53,328 nucleotides of DNA from an uncultured Gammaproteobacteria bacterium (GTDB lineage Bacteria; Patescibacteriota; Microgenomatia; Levybacterales; UBA12049), in contig OZ246394.1 in NCBI GenBank assembly GCA_965230895.1, forward strand, positions 778,627 to 831,954, given 5' to 3'. Position 1 is the first letter of the stretch. The number at the start of each line of letters is the position of its first letter. Shown here piece after piece: positions 31,608-39,898 of this stretch. A program made the translations under genes and the position numbers. Under the pieces are notes generated by a model that made no database searches, had not been told where the DNA came from, and was given only the letters and a program-made list of their open reading frames with translations.

Positions 31608-32422
31608 AGTGTATTTCGAAATTGACTTTGAAAATAAGTGATAAGCTGCTTTTCTGTTAATTGCATTGTTTGAATTCGTTCGAGTGCCAAGCTACTTGTA
31701 AACCGTCGTTGTGTATCATCCAGTTTCTGTGCTGCTTCCAGAAAATGTTTATCATCAGTTCCAAGAAGTGGTACTGAGAACACAGCATAGTATTTCATCA
31801 GTTGAAAAGTATTTTGCTCAACAAGCGCAGAAAGCTCTTTAATATAATTCTCAACTAATCCATTAACCTTCTCATTTGCAGTTTCGTAAAGTGAATAATA
31901 ATGTTCGTGATAGTCTTCAACAGTTGCTGTTTCTTTTCGTGAAATGAGCTGCACTTTCATTGGAAGTGTATGAAGCATCGTTTTTATATGATGATAATAT
32001 CGCTCCCGTTCTTCATCATTGAGAAGAGCGATATCAAATGGGCGTATTTCATAAACGGCAATAAGTTTTTTCTTACGAATTATATAATTACCTACCACCT
32101 TAAAATCTCCCGTTGTTTTCTCAAGCTCTCTCATTGTGAATTGCTTCTTTGCAAAGCTATATGATACTGCTCGAGGTATAATTTTATATAACGGTTGATG
32201 ATCAATCTTCAGTGTTGCCACGAGTGCATAAAAAAGTTCTACAAGAAAAATTGTTGCGATAATAAGACCCACTTGATCAACTCTGAGAACAACTTTATAC
32301 ATGAGTAGTGTGAGGAGTGCTAATGCTATACCTCCGATCAAAAAGACCACGGTATCGGTAAAGAACATTGTTCTAAAAATATGTTCTCGTAGATTATCTT
32401 TATAGACGCGTATTGTTCTCAT
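31604..32422 (-). CDS. VirB3-like membrane hairpin protein with cytoplasmic domain
   Basis: Two TM helices, then a domain resembling the VirB4 N-terminal region (IAVYEIRPFDIALLNDEERERYYHHIKTMLHTL). Lies directly upstream of VirB4 with a 4-nt overlap. Confidence 0.5.
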   Translation of the reverse strand: MRTIRVYKDNLREHIFRTMFFTDTVVFLIGGIALALLTLLMYKVVLRVDQVGLIIATIFLVELFYALVATLKIDHQPLYKIIPRAVSYSFAKKQFTMRELEKTTGDFKVVGNYIIRKKKLIAVYEIRPFDIALLNDEERERYYHHIKTMLHTLPMKVQLISRKETATVEDYHEHYYSLYETANEKVNGLVENYIKELSALVEQNTFQLMKYYAVFSVPLLGTDDKHFLEAAQKLDDTQRRFTSSLALERIQTMQLTEKQLITYFQSQFRNTL

Positions 32423-33957
32423 TTTTTAGTATTTCCTTTCTTCTCCTGTTGTATAGAGTGTTTAAATGGCTGTCTTACTCTTGGTTGCTCAGAACTAGGT
32501 TCATTCTTCATAGTGGGCTGGTTAGGAAAGTGAGAATTGTAACTGCCCCGTTTTATTGTTGAGAAATGTGTACGTGATTGTTTCGACTCTTTATCAGCTT
32601 TTGCAGATTGTATATTTGTACCCTGTGATTGTGGAGTAGCAGTTTCAGTCTGATTTTTTGTTGGTCTTTTCTGCATTGATTCTTTTCTCTCCTGCGTCGT
32701 GTTTTTTGTATAAGTTCGTGATGATTCAGTATGGGTGTTGTTTGTCGATTGTTTATTGGTATTTGCAGAGCGATACCCAGAATCTTTATATTCAGTCCCT
32801 GATGCATTTGGCATGTTTCTATCAGCAGTAGGCTTAGTACTTGGTTTTAAAAGTCCAATCTTGCGACCAATATATGTCCCAGCATAACTCCTTGCTCCAA
32901 CAGCGTGTCCTGTTATCGCACCACGTTTTATTTCTCGAACACTACCAGTTAATGCGCCGCTTCCCATCATACTTTGCGCATTGGCACTCATCATCGACCA
33001 CCCGTCACCGAAAATACGGCCGATAAAGATGTTAACCCCTCCTAGAAAAATCAGTGATCCCGAGAAAAGGAAAAGTGTTCCCATTGATCCACCATGTGAG
33101 GTAATAATACTGCCGAGGAGTGAGGAAACAATAGCAAAGCCTAAGACAAAAGCAGGTTGTTGAATGAGGAATGTAAACCATGTTTTAAAATATGTATTGG
33201 TAATATTTTCTGTTTTCTCGGAAAGTGCAAAGGGGAGCACAAGTGGAAAGATAACACTTAAGAAGAGGAGGGAGATAAAGCGAATCATTGCTTGGAAGAC
33301 AATGTAGAGAAAACCGATGAGAAAGAAGCCAATGGCAATAATGAGGACAATCATTTGAATAAGCGTATTGCCATTAACAATAAGCGTTGGGAATTGAGAT
33401 GACATTCCAGTTAGTCTTCGAAACTCCTCCGTATTGACATAAGCTTGAACAAAGGTTGCTATGTTATAAGCATTTTGCGCGATAATTTTTTCATTAAGGA
33501 GATTAATAAACTGAATGCTATATGAAAGAATAGAAGGGGTTACAATGAAAAGGACAACAACAAATACTAATCGTTTGAAGAAGTTTTTTAACTGCATCGT
33601 ATTATCGTGTGTAATATGTGAGAGCGCAGTATAGGAGACGATCAGCACAAAGATTGGAATTGCGATATCAGAAAAGATTGTTCGAAATTGACTGAGTCCT
33701 GATAATGCTGTTCCGTCTTTAAGAGTGATTGTATCTCCAAGTAATTCAGGTGTGTTAAAAATTAGTCCACTTGAAACCCAATCAAACCCAGAAAAGAAAC
33801 TGTTGAGTACACCACTTCCTGATGCCTGCGGTTCATTTGTAACATTTTGCTGGATAGATAACGTTGGAGAAAGTGCTTGAGCGTTAACTGGTTTTACCCC
33901 AAGAAGAAATACGATGAGAAGCAAAAAAATGCTAGACAATACTTTCATGGATAACAA
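32419..33957 (-). CDS. VirB6-like polytopic channel protein with long disordered C-terminal tail
   Basis: Signal peptide (..VKPVNAQA), about 6 TM helices, and ~150 aa of T/S/N/K/Q-rich low-complexity tail. Confidence 0.55.
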   Translation of the reverse strand: MLSMKVLSSIFLLLIVFLLGVKPVNAQALSPTLSIQQNVTNEPQASGSGVLNSFFSGFDWVSSGLIFNTPELLGDTITLKDGTALSGLSQFRTIFSDIAIPIFVLIVSYTALSHITHDNTMQLKNFFKRLVFVVVLFIVTPSILSYSIQFINLLNEKIIAQNAYNIATFVQAYVNTEEFRRLTGMSSQFPTLIVNGNTLIQMIVLIIAIGFFLIGFLYIVFQAMIRFISLLFLSVIFPLVLPFALSEKTENITNTYFKTWFTFLIQQPAFVLGFAIVSSLLGSIITSHGGSMGTLFLFSGSLIFLGGVNIFIGRIFGDGWSMMSANAQSMMGSGALTGSVREIKRGAITGHAVGARSYAGTYIGRKIGLLKPSTKPTADRNMPNASGTEYKDSGYRSANTNKQSTNNTHTESSRTYTKNTTQERKESMQKRPTKNQTETATPQSQGTNIQSAKADKESKQSRTHFSTIKRGSYNSHFPNQPTMKNEPSSEQPRVRQPFKHSIQQEKKGNTKK

Positions 33958-33977
33958 GATCTTTCAAAGGCAGAGGA

Positions 33978-34235
33978 TTATTGGCCACCAAGAAATGTTT
34001 TTAGTACATTTGCAATTGTTGTTGAACCAAAGACGAGGAGTCCACCAACAAGGATATTAAATATCCAATGTTTGAGTCGTGCTTTTCTTTCGATGTCATC
34101 TCCGCTTCCGACGAGTGCAATTCCAATACCTGCGATTGAAAGTGCCATTACTGGAAGGGAATAAAATTGAAGCGTTGCTACTAGCCCCCAAAGGAGTTGG
34201 TCGAGTCCAGCGAATTGTATTGGTGTTCCTTGCAT
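33978..34235 (-). CDS. VirB2/TrbC-like small 2-TM protein (pilin-like)
   Basis: 85 aa with two hydrophobic helices separated by a charged loop (DDIERKARLKH). First gene of the T4SS block. No SD, so the start is uncertain. Confidence 0.45.
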   Translation of the reverse strand: MQGTPIQFAGLDQLLWGLVATLQFYSLPVMALSIAGIGIALVGSGDDIERKARLKHWIFNILVGGLLVFGSTTIANVLKTFLGGQ

Positions 34236-34245
34236 ACGTTAGATA

Positions 34246-34282
34246 ATAAAAAAGCCCATGTATTGCGTTTGCAATAATGGGC
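34246..34282 (-). terminator. Intrinsic-terminator-like hairpin plus U-tract
   Basis: Minus strand reads GCCCATTATTGC-AAAC-GCAATAcATGGGC followed by TTTTTT. The hairpin is 34254-34282 and the T-run 34248-34253. It ends 12 nt before the ATG of 33978-34235. Confidence 0.6.
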
Positions 34283-34301
34283 AAGTTATTTGTTGAAGTA
34301 T

Positions 34302-34331
34302 TTTATACCAGAGAAACTAGATTGAAGTCAA
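34302..34331 (-). promoter_or_regulatory. Candidate promoter of the T4SS operon
   Basis: Minus strand: TTGACT (34331-26), 18-nt spacer, TGgTATAAA (-10 at 34307-02). Confidence 0.5.
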
Positions 34332-34388
34332 GAAGGAATATATAGAAATTCTAATAAACATCTTGTATTTACAGCATTTGAAAGGGAA

Positions 34389-35321
34389 TTAATTTATTTG
34401 AACAGTATAGTCTGCTGTTTGTACATTCCCCTCATGTTGGAACTGGGTAAATAACTTATATACTCCAGGATCAGGGAATGTTGTGGAGAAATTAATTTTT
34501 GGTCCTGTACTTGGTTCTCCTTGTTGCATAGCCATCATATTATGTCCTTTAGATGAAGTACTATCTGCCGTAGTCATTGCATGGGTATGGATGAAGTCGA
34601 GTGTGCCTTCTTTTAGGATAACAGTATGCCCAAGGGCTCCTAGATAATTTTCTAAGTTTGTGACGGGTTTTCCATTTTTGGAAACATTTACACTGTAAGT
34701 AAGTTCTTTCTGTGCTTTAGCATCCCCTGAAAGGCCTGAAGTTATTGTATATAAACCATATGATTTTGTCTGTTGTGCGTCTGGCCTTGCTTGTTTTGCC
34801 ACATAGCTATTCATATTGCCAACATTGATATCTTGATATACAGTAACTGGAAGTTTTTGTGGGTTATCATCACCAGGAGTAAAGTCAGGAAAAAGGCGGT
34901 ATGGACCATTCTCTGGAAAGGTAACATCAACACTAAATTCTCCAGTTGCTTCATTAAATGTTGGGTGAAGATGTTGAAAATCTTGTAAATCTTTTCTAAC
35001 TGTTATAAAGTGCATGATTTTTTCATGTACCATATCAAAGTTCTTTAACACCACACCTTTATCGTTTTTTATTTTATACGCAATAGTTGTTTTTTGCCCA
35101 GGCTTTACATTATTCGTGTCAGAGATAACCTCGAGCTCGTAGCCTCTATGTGACTGATCGGCAGGACCACGAGTCATATCTGACATATTATGCCCCATTG
35201 ATGAATTATCATCTATCATAGTTCTAGGAAAGAAATAGATTATACCGACTACAATAATCGCTACTATAATAATTGCTGGGATTAGAATTTTTTTATTCAT
35301 ATATTGTTGCTTCATACCCAA
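34389..35321 (-). CDS. Secreted/anchored His/Met-rich protein with an internally duplicated beta-sandwich-like domain (putative metal binding)
   Basis: N-terminal TM, MGHNMSDM and KGHNMMAMQQ stretches. Repeated pattern ..MHFITVRKDLQDFQHLHP..VTFPENGPYRLF / ..GHTVILKEGTLDFIHTHA..TTFPDPGVYKLF. Start uncertain (35321/35300). Confidence 0.5.
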   Translation of the reverse strand: MGMKQQYMNKKILIPAIIIVAIIVVGIIYFFPRTMIDDNSSMGHNMSDMTRGPADQSHRGYELEVISDTNNVKPGQKTTIAYKIKNDKGVVLKNFDMVHEKIMHFITVRKDLQDFQHLHPTFNEATGEFSVDVTFPENGPYRLFPDFTPGDDNPQKLPVTVYQDINVGNMNSYVAKQARPDAQQTKSYGLYTITSGLSGDAKAQKELTYSVNVSKNGKPVTNLENYLGALGHTVILKEGTLDFIHTHAMTTADSTSSKGHNMMAMQQGEPSTGPKINFSTTFPDPGVYKLFTQFQHEGNVQTADYTVQIN

Positions 35322-35508
35322 GTGTTTCTATAATTGTCATAAGTTTTTCTTCAGGAACTTTGTTGGGGTCAAAGGTAACTTCTGTTTGTTGCTTGGCATA
35401 GCTTGTGCTTGATTCTTTAACTCCATTGGTATCTTCAAGTCCCCCATCAATATTAAATGCACAACTTGTGCAATGCATTCCATTTATGTTAAATTTTATA
35501 GTTTTCAT
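35293..35508 (-). CDS. copZ: HMA-domain copper chaperone
   Basis: MKTIKFNINGMHCTSCAFNI (MxCxxC). Start moved to ATG 35508. Confidence 0.85.
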   Translation of the reverse strand: MKTIKFNINGMHCTSCAFNIDGGLEDTNGVKESSTSYAKQQTEVTFDPNKVPEEKLMTIIETLGYEATIYE

Positions 35509-35510
35509 AG

Positions 35511-36560
35511 TTATATTACATTTATTGTTCCACGAAACATTCCCATACTGCACATAAAAGCAAGCTCTCCTGGTTCTGTTGGAGCTGTAAAGGTAATTTT
35601 ATCTGATGAACCAATTGGAACAACTTTTTGGATATTCATTGAAGGAAGTGTAAATGATTGTGTACATCCTCCTCCACCTGTATTTTTAAGATTTAACGTA
35701 ACTTGAGAGCCTGCTTTAACCGTTATGTTATCTGGATTGTACCCGGACTCTTCAATGGTAATTGTAGCTTCGTTAACTGGTCGAGCTTTTGCATTACTTT
35801 GGGTGGCAGCGCTTGCTACGGAGGATGAAACTTCACAATAACTAATCGCACAGAAGAAGTTCTTGCTGATATTCTCAAGTGTTATCTTACTTCCTGTAAG
35901 TGCCAGAACATTATTGAGATTAAAGACAGCAAGAAGGATAAGTGCAAATGCCGCAAGTTTGGTAAATTTTTGCTGCATACTTTCTCCAAGCCGAGTTGCT
36001 AAGTAGCCAAATACGAAGAATAGTGGAGATGTTCCAAGTACAAATGCAAAGAGAATAGCTGCACCTGAAAGAGGGTTACCTGATGCAATTGCAAGCGCCA
36101 TCATTGCCTGTGTAGTGCCGCATGGGATAAATACAGTAAAGGCACCAACAATTGCTGGAGCTAATATACTATTACTTTTCGACTCTTTTCTAACTAATCG
36201 TGTCAAGAAACGGGGAGGTTGGATAATAAAATAACGGAATATTGGATGTACATTAAGTAAATTAAACGCTGTACCTAACATGAAAATGCCAACTGCAAAT
36301 TGTAGTACAATATTTGCAGTAAGAGATAATTGGAATAGAGAGCCAAACCATCCAAGTAAAAATCCAAGAATAGTATAAGCTGCAAGTTTAGCCGCTAAGA
36401 AAGAAAGTATAGGAAGTGCGTTCCCAGAACGCTTAGTATCTTCTTTTAGTTTTTGTTCATGACGTTGAGCTATTGTGGCAGCCAATAAGCCACCTTGTAC
36501 TGCAAGGCAGGTTAACGCGCCTGCAAATAATCCTGTTAAAAAAATAGTAATTAAGTTCAT
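35511..36560 (-). CDS. DsbD_2/TauE-like permease fused to a C-terminal cupredoxin-like domain
   Basis: TCLAVQGG and FIPCGTTQ membrane Cys motifs. C-terminal ITVKAGSQVTLNLKN..LAFMCSMGMFRGTINVI. Confidence 0.6.
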   Translation of the reverse strand: MNLITIFLTGLFAGALTCLAVQGGLLAATIAQRHEQKLKEDTKRSGNALPILSFLAAKLAAYTILGFLLGWFGSLFQLSLTANIVLQFAVGIFMLGTAFNLLNVHPIFRYFIIQPPRFLTRLVRKESKSNSILAPAIVGAFTVFIPCGTTQAMMALAIASGNPLSGAAILFAFVLGTSPLFFVFGYLATRLGESMQQKFTKLAAFALILLAVFNLNNVLALTGSKITLENISKNFFCAISYCEVSSSVASAATQSNAKARPVNEATITIEESGYNPDNITVKAGSQVTLNLKNTGGGGCTQSFTLPSMNIQKVVPIGSSDKITFTAPTEPGELAFMCSMGMFRGTINVI

Positions 36561-36562
36561 AG

Positions 36563-36991
36563 TTATTCTATAATTATTTTACCCGTCATCCCTAGTGCCT
36601 TATGATTTTTAACTGAACAGTAATATTCAAATGTGCCTATTTTGCTTGCTGCAAATTCAACTGTTTGTGTATCTTTTTCTTCAAGCAATTGAGTCGCCAC
36701 ATTTAATTCATCAATTCTAAAATCATGTAGACCTTCAATATTATGGAATATTATCTTTATTGTTTCTCCTTTTTTGACACGCATTAGACCGGGCTGAAAC
36801 ATATAGTTTGATCCAATAACATCAAACTCGCGCACATTGCCCATGAGTGTGCCAGTTACTGAACTCTGCTGAGTATTTTGTAACATATCCTCTTTGTTGT
36901 CCCAGCCAAATAAATCACTAAGTGGCTTATACATTGACAAAGCTAGGAAAAAAATAAGTATTCCTATGGTTATTTTCTTCCAAGTTGGCAT
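36563..36991 (-). CDS. Membrane-anchored type-1 cupredoxin (plastocyanin/amicyanin-like)
   Basis: EGLHDF ... YYCSVKNHKALGM (H, C-x4-H-x4-M ligand pattern). Confidence 0.75.
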   Translation of the reverse strand: MPTWKKITIGILIFFLALSMYKPLSDLFGWDNKEDMLQNTQQSSVTGTLMGNVREFDVIGSNYMFQPGLMRVKKGETIKIIFHNIEGLHDFRIDELNVATQLLEEKDTQTVEFAASKIGTFEYYCSVKNHKALGMTGKIIIE

Positions 36992-37058
36992 AATTTAAGT
37001 CTACGACTAATTGTAGTAGATCATTGTAAATATATCAACTTCTTTAATTACCATATTA

Positions 37059-37655
37059 TTATTGATCGAGCTGAGCATATACAACTAATCGTTCAGCATA
37101 AGTATTAGATTTGTCATTCCAAGTTCCCTGACAGGTAATAAGGTTAAGCATAGGTTTTTCAGAATCTCCAAACACTTCCTTTAAAGGAAAGTTATCATAA
37201 GGATATTTAGCTAGCTTAATCACTGAAAAAGTTTGTTTTTCCCCTTTATCATCAATTACTGTGATTTTATCTCCTTTTTGAAGTTTGTTTAAGTCCCAGA
37301 AGACAGCGGGAGAGCCATCCTTTTTATCATAATGACCTGCAAGCACTGCGTTTCCAGTCTGCCCTGGTAGAAACCCTGGTTTGTACCAGGCTGTGTTATC
37401 TGCGTCTTTTGGTACATCCATTCTACCTTCCTTGTCGTTTCCAACTTCTTCAATATTGGTGTCTACATTGATACTTGGTATTTGAACTTTTTGAGGTATA
37501 CTTGGCTGAGATTTCTTAATAGAATTAGCAGTTTGTTCTTTATTTATTTGGGCAGAAAGTACTAATTGTTTATCGGAATTTGAGAGATAAGCTCCAGCCC
37601 CTATTCCTACAGATATACCTATAATAATGATTAATGTTATTAATTTATTTTTCAT
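37059..37655 (-). CDS. Sortase-family transpeptidase (class E/F-like)
   Basis: N-terminal TM, LAGHYD, LNLITCQG (TLxTC), ERLVVYA (Arg). Confidence 0.8.
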   Translation of the reverse strand: MKNKLITLIIIIGISVGIGAGAYLSNSDKQLVLSAQINKEQTANSIKKSQPSIPQKVQIPSINVDTNIEEVGNDKEGRMDVPKDADNTAWYKPGFLPGQTGNAVLAGHYDKKDGSPAVFWDLNKLQKGDKITVIDDKGEKQTFSVIKLAKYPYDNFPLKEVFGDSEKPMLNLITCQGTWNDKSNTYAERLVVYAQLDQ

Positions 37656-37667
37656 AAATATTTTTTA

Positions 37668-37708
37668 GAACATGATGCGTTAATAATTTATTTTAACGCA
37701 TCATGTTC
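37668..37708 (-). promoter_or_regulatory. Perfect 16-bp stem hairpin between the small peptide gene and the sortase
   Basis: GAACATGATGCGTTAA (37668-83), 9-nt loop, TTAACGCATCATGTTC (37693-708). No U-tract on the transcribed strand. Confidence 0.6.
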
Positions 37709-37729
37709 CTTAGCTCTTATTAAACCAAT

Positions 37730-37900
37730 TTATTCAGCTCTACCCGTTGCTGGTGCTGAACTTGGCATCGCAGCACTGGTTGTTGGTGTTACTGTTGTCG
37801 TATTATTTGTCGTGTTTGCTGTTTGTGCAAATGTCATTGTTGCCGCTGCCATTGCTGAAATTGCAAATACTCCTGTTGCTATTGTTACTTTTTTAAACAT
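37730..37900 (-). CDS. Small secreted Thr-rich peptide (56 aa)
   Basis: Strong SD GAAAGGAGGTGATAAT before ATG 37900. Signal-like MFKKVTIATGVFAISAMAAATMTFA. Mature part QTANTTNNTTTVTPTTSAAMPSSAPATGRAE. Confidence 0.5.
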   Translation of the reverse strand: MFKKVTIATGVFAISAMAAATMTFAQTANTTNNTTTVTPTTSAAMPSSAPATGRAE

Positions 37901-37961
37901 ATTATCACCTCCTTTCAAATATTTCGTATTAATTAATTTCGACTACTGATGCATGCATTGA

Positions 37962-38816
37962 CTATTTAAGCTGTTGATCTATAACCGTTTTGAATGAACT
38001 CAACGGTTGTGCACCGATAAGTGGCGTACCGATAATTGTACCGTTAGAAGAGGACTTACCGATAAAAAATGATGGGGTTCCAGATGCGCCAACACTTCCT
38101 GCATTCGCTATATCTTTATCTACTTCAGCTTTATATTTACCTCCATCAAGGCAAGCTTGCAGATCATTACCATTGAGTCCTAAGTCATCAGCTATAATTG
38201 GAAGTTGATCAAGCGCAAGTCCCGTTCCATTAGATGTGGTTCGCTTAAATATCTCGTCATGATATTTGAAATATATTTCGTCTCCGCCTTGTTCTCTAGC
38301 ACATTCTGCTGCCTCAGCTTCCTTAGGTGCATTTTGATGGAAAGAAAGGGGCAGATCACGATACACAAGTTTTACTTTCCCTGTATCGATATATTCCTTT
38401 TTTAGCTGTGATAATGTATCGTCGTAAAATTGTTTGCAAAATGGGCACTCATAATCAGAAAATTCAATAATTGTTACTTTTGCATTTTTATCTCCCAAAA
38501 TAGGATCATCATCGATTGATACTTTTTTAGGGCTTAAATCTTCAGTAGGAACAGCTTGTGGTGCTTGAGCATTGTTTGCTGCTTGAACAGTAGAAGGACT
38601 AGTTGTGTTTGCTTTTTGAGCACCCTCTAAGTACAGTACTTTATTTGTTAACATTCCTAGCATAAATGCAAAAATAATTAATACGATAGTAAGAAAGCCA
38701 TTGGTGGTACGAAGAAAAGCAAATTTTGGAATTGCTATATTTACATAACCTGAAGATTTTTCTTTTTCTACCTGGGTTAATTCTTGATTTTTTACTAGAG
38801 AAGAATTTTTTGGCAT
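37962..38816 (-). CDS. Membrane-anchored DsbA-family thiol:disulfide oxidoreductase
   Basis: FSDYECPFCKQFY (CxxC) thioredoxin fold, with an N-terminal TM. Confidence 0.8.
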   Translation of the reverse strand: MPKNSSLVKNQELTQVEKEKSSGYVNIAIPKFAFLRTTNGFLTIVLIIFAFMLGMLTNKVLYLEGAQKANTTSPSTVQAANNAQAPQAVPTEDLSPKKVSIDDDPILGDKNAKVTIIEFSDYECPFCKQFYDDTLSQLKKEYIDTGKVKLVYRDLPLSFHQNAPKEAEAAECAREQGGDEIYFKYHDEIFKRTTSNGTGLALDQLPIIADDLGLNGNDLQACLDGGKYKAEVDKDIANAGSVGASGTPSFFIGKSSSNGTIIGTPLIGAQPLSSFKTVIDQQLK

Positions 38817-38828
38817 AACGAGTTTATC

Positions 38829-38866
38829 TACTACACAGTGTAGTAATAGATGATGGCCTATGTCAA
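38829..38866 (-). promoter_or_regulatory. Candidate promoter with a 17-bp perfect palindromic operator (BlaI/CopY-type TACA..TGTA box)
   Basis: Minus strand: TTGACA (38866-61), 18 nt, TACACT (38842-37). Palindrome TACTACAC-A-GTGTAGTA (38829-38845) covers the -10. Confidence 0.55.
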
Positions 38867-38884
38867 GTGTAAGTTTACTACGGG

Positions 38885-39898
38885 TTAATGCTTAACAGGA
38901 GAATACATATGCGAAGCCTTTTGTATTGGTTGCTCTTTACTGCTTGATGTTGAAGGAAGTGCATTTAAATTTTGCTCGCTTTTACATGAGTTCATGCATG
39001 CTCCATCTGTGCAGAGCATAACGACATCATGGTCTACATGATGGACTTCTTCTGCGTATATAGGACTTACCATAACAACTCCAACAAGGAATGTCGAGAA
39101 AAGGGTAATAAGCAAATGCTTTACTCTAAATAGCCTACGTCCATAATCCTTATCTAGTAAGAAATATATTCTTGGTTCAAGTGTGTCATAATCCGCAATT
39201 GATGCAAGTGCGACATTCTTCATAGATGGAAATGCAAGAAGTTTTTTCAGTGCTGAGACGAGAGGATATTGAGAACCTACTTTGTTGATTGCAAATGTAT
39301 CAGCTTTTATTTCCCTATCTATACGATATTTTTTAATAAAATCTCCGAGTAATGGAAAAAATGGGAGAAGCGAATACGCTACCGAAGCGATTATCATAGT
39401 AAAGGTATCATGATTTTCGAGATGGTACTGCTCGTGTCGTAATACAGCTTCGAGTTCTTTTTGATTAAGTTTTGCCACTATACCTGTCGATATATAAATC
39501 TTTGGACTTTTTATTCCAAGGCAATAAGCAAAGGGCTTATCAGATTTAATAATAATTGTCTCTTGCTCTAATCCCAAATGTGTTAATAGCGTAAACAAAT
39601 TTTTATGAACAATTTTTTTATCATGTAATTTTCGTCGCAGTATAATTACTTTAATACTTAAAACAATAAATTTTAGAAATGAGACAGCGACGAGTAAAAA
39701 AAGTATAACAAGAGGTGTAATGCTTAAAAAATAGGGGATAGGTTCTATGTATGTTGTAATAAATGATTGACAATAATAGACTGCATGATTAAGCAATGGA
39801 GTAAGCTTTTGAGCAATGATAAATAACAGACTGCTTGCTGTCAAAACTAATCCAGAAAAAAAAACAAGATTTTTATTTACGTTTATCATACTCATCAA
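38885..39898 (-). CDS. BlaR1/MecR1-family M56 membrane metalloprotease without a penicillin-binding sensor domain
   Basis: RHEQYHLENHD (HExxH) in a polytopic protein. Tail after the last TM: EEVHHVDHDVVMLCTDGACMNSCKSE. Overlaps the BlaI-like gene. Confidence 0.8.
   Translation of the reverse strand: MMSMINVNKNLVFFSGLVLTASSLLFIIAQKLTPLLNHAVYYCQSFITTYIEPIPYFLSITPLVILFLLVAVSFLKFIVLSIKVIILRRKLHDKKIVHKNLFTLLTHLGLEQETIIIKSDKPFAYCLGIKSPKIYISTGIVAKLNQKELEAVLRHEQYHLENHDTFTMIIASVAYSLLPFFPLLGDFIKKYRIDREIKADTFAINKVGSQYPLVSALKKLLAFPSMKNVALASIADYDTLEPRIYFLLDKDYGRRLFRVKHLLITLFSTFLVGVVMVSPIYAEEVHHVDHDVVMLCTDGACMNSCKSEQNLNALPSTSSSKEQPIQKASHMYSPVKH

Noticed and set aside
34096-34284. 62-aa ORF overlapping the terminator hairpin and the VirB2-like gene.
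   Set aside because: It is out of frame within the VirB2-like gene and spans the hairpin/T-tract. Its composition is not protein-like.
34364-34373. TGTATTTACA just downstream of the 310-aa gene, resembling an inverted cop-box.
   Set aside because: The half-sites are in the opposite arrangement (TGTA..TACA) and it is not associated with a promoter.
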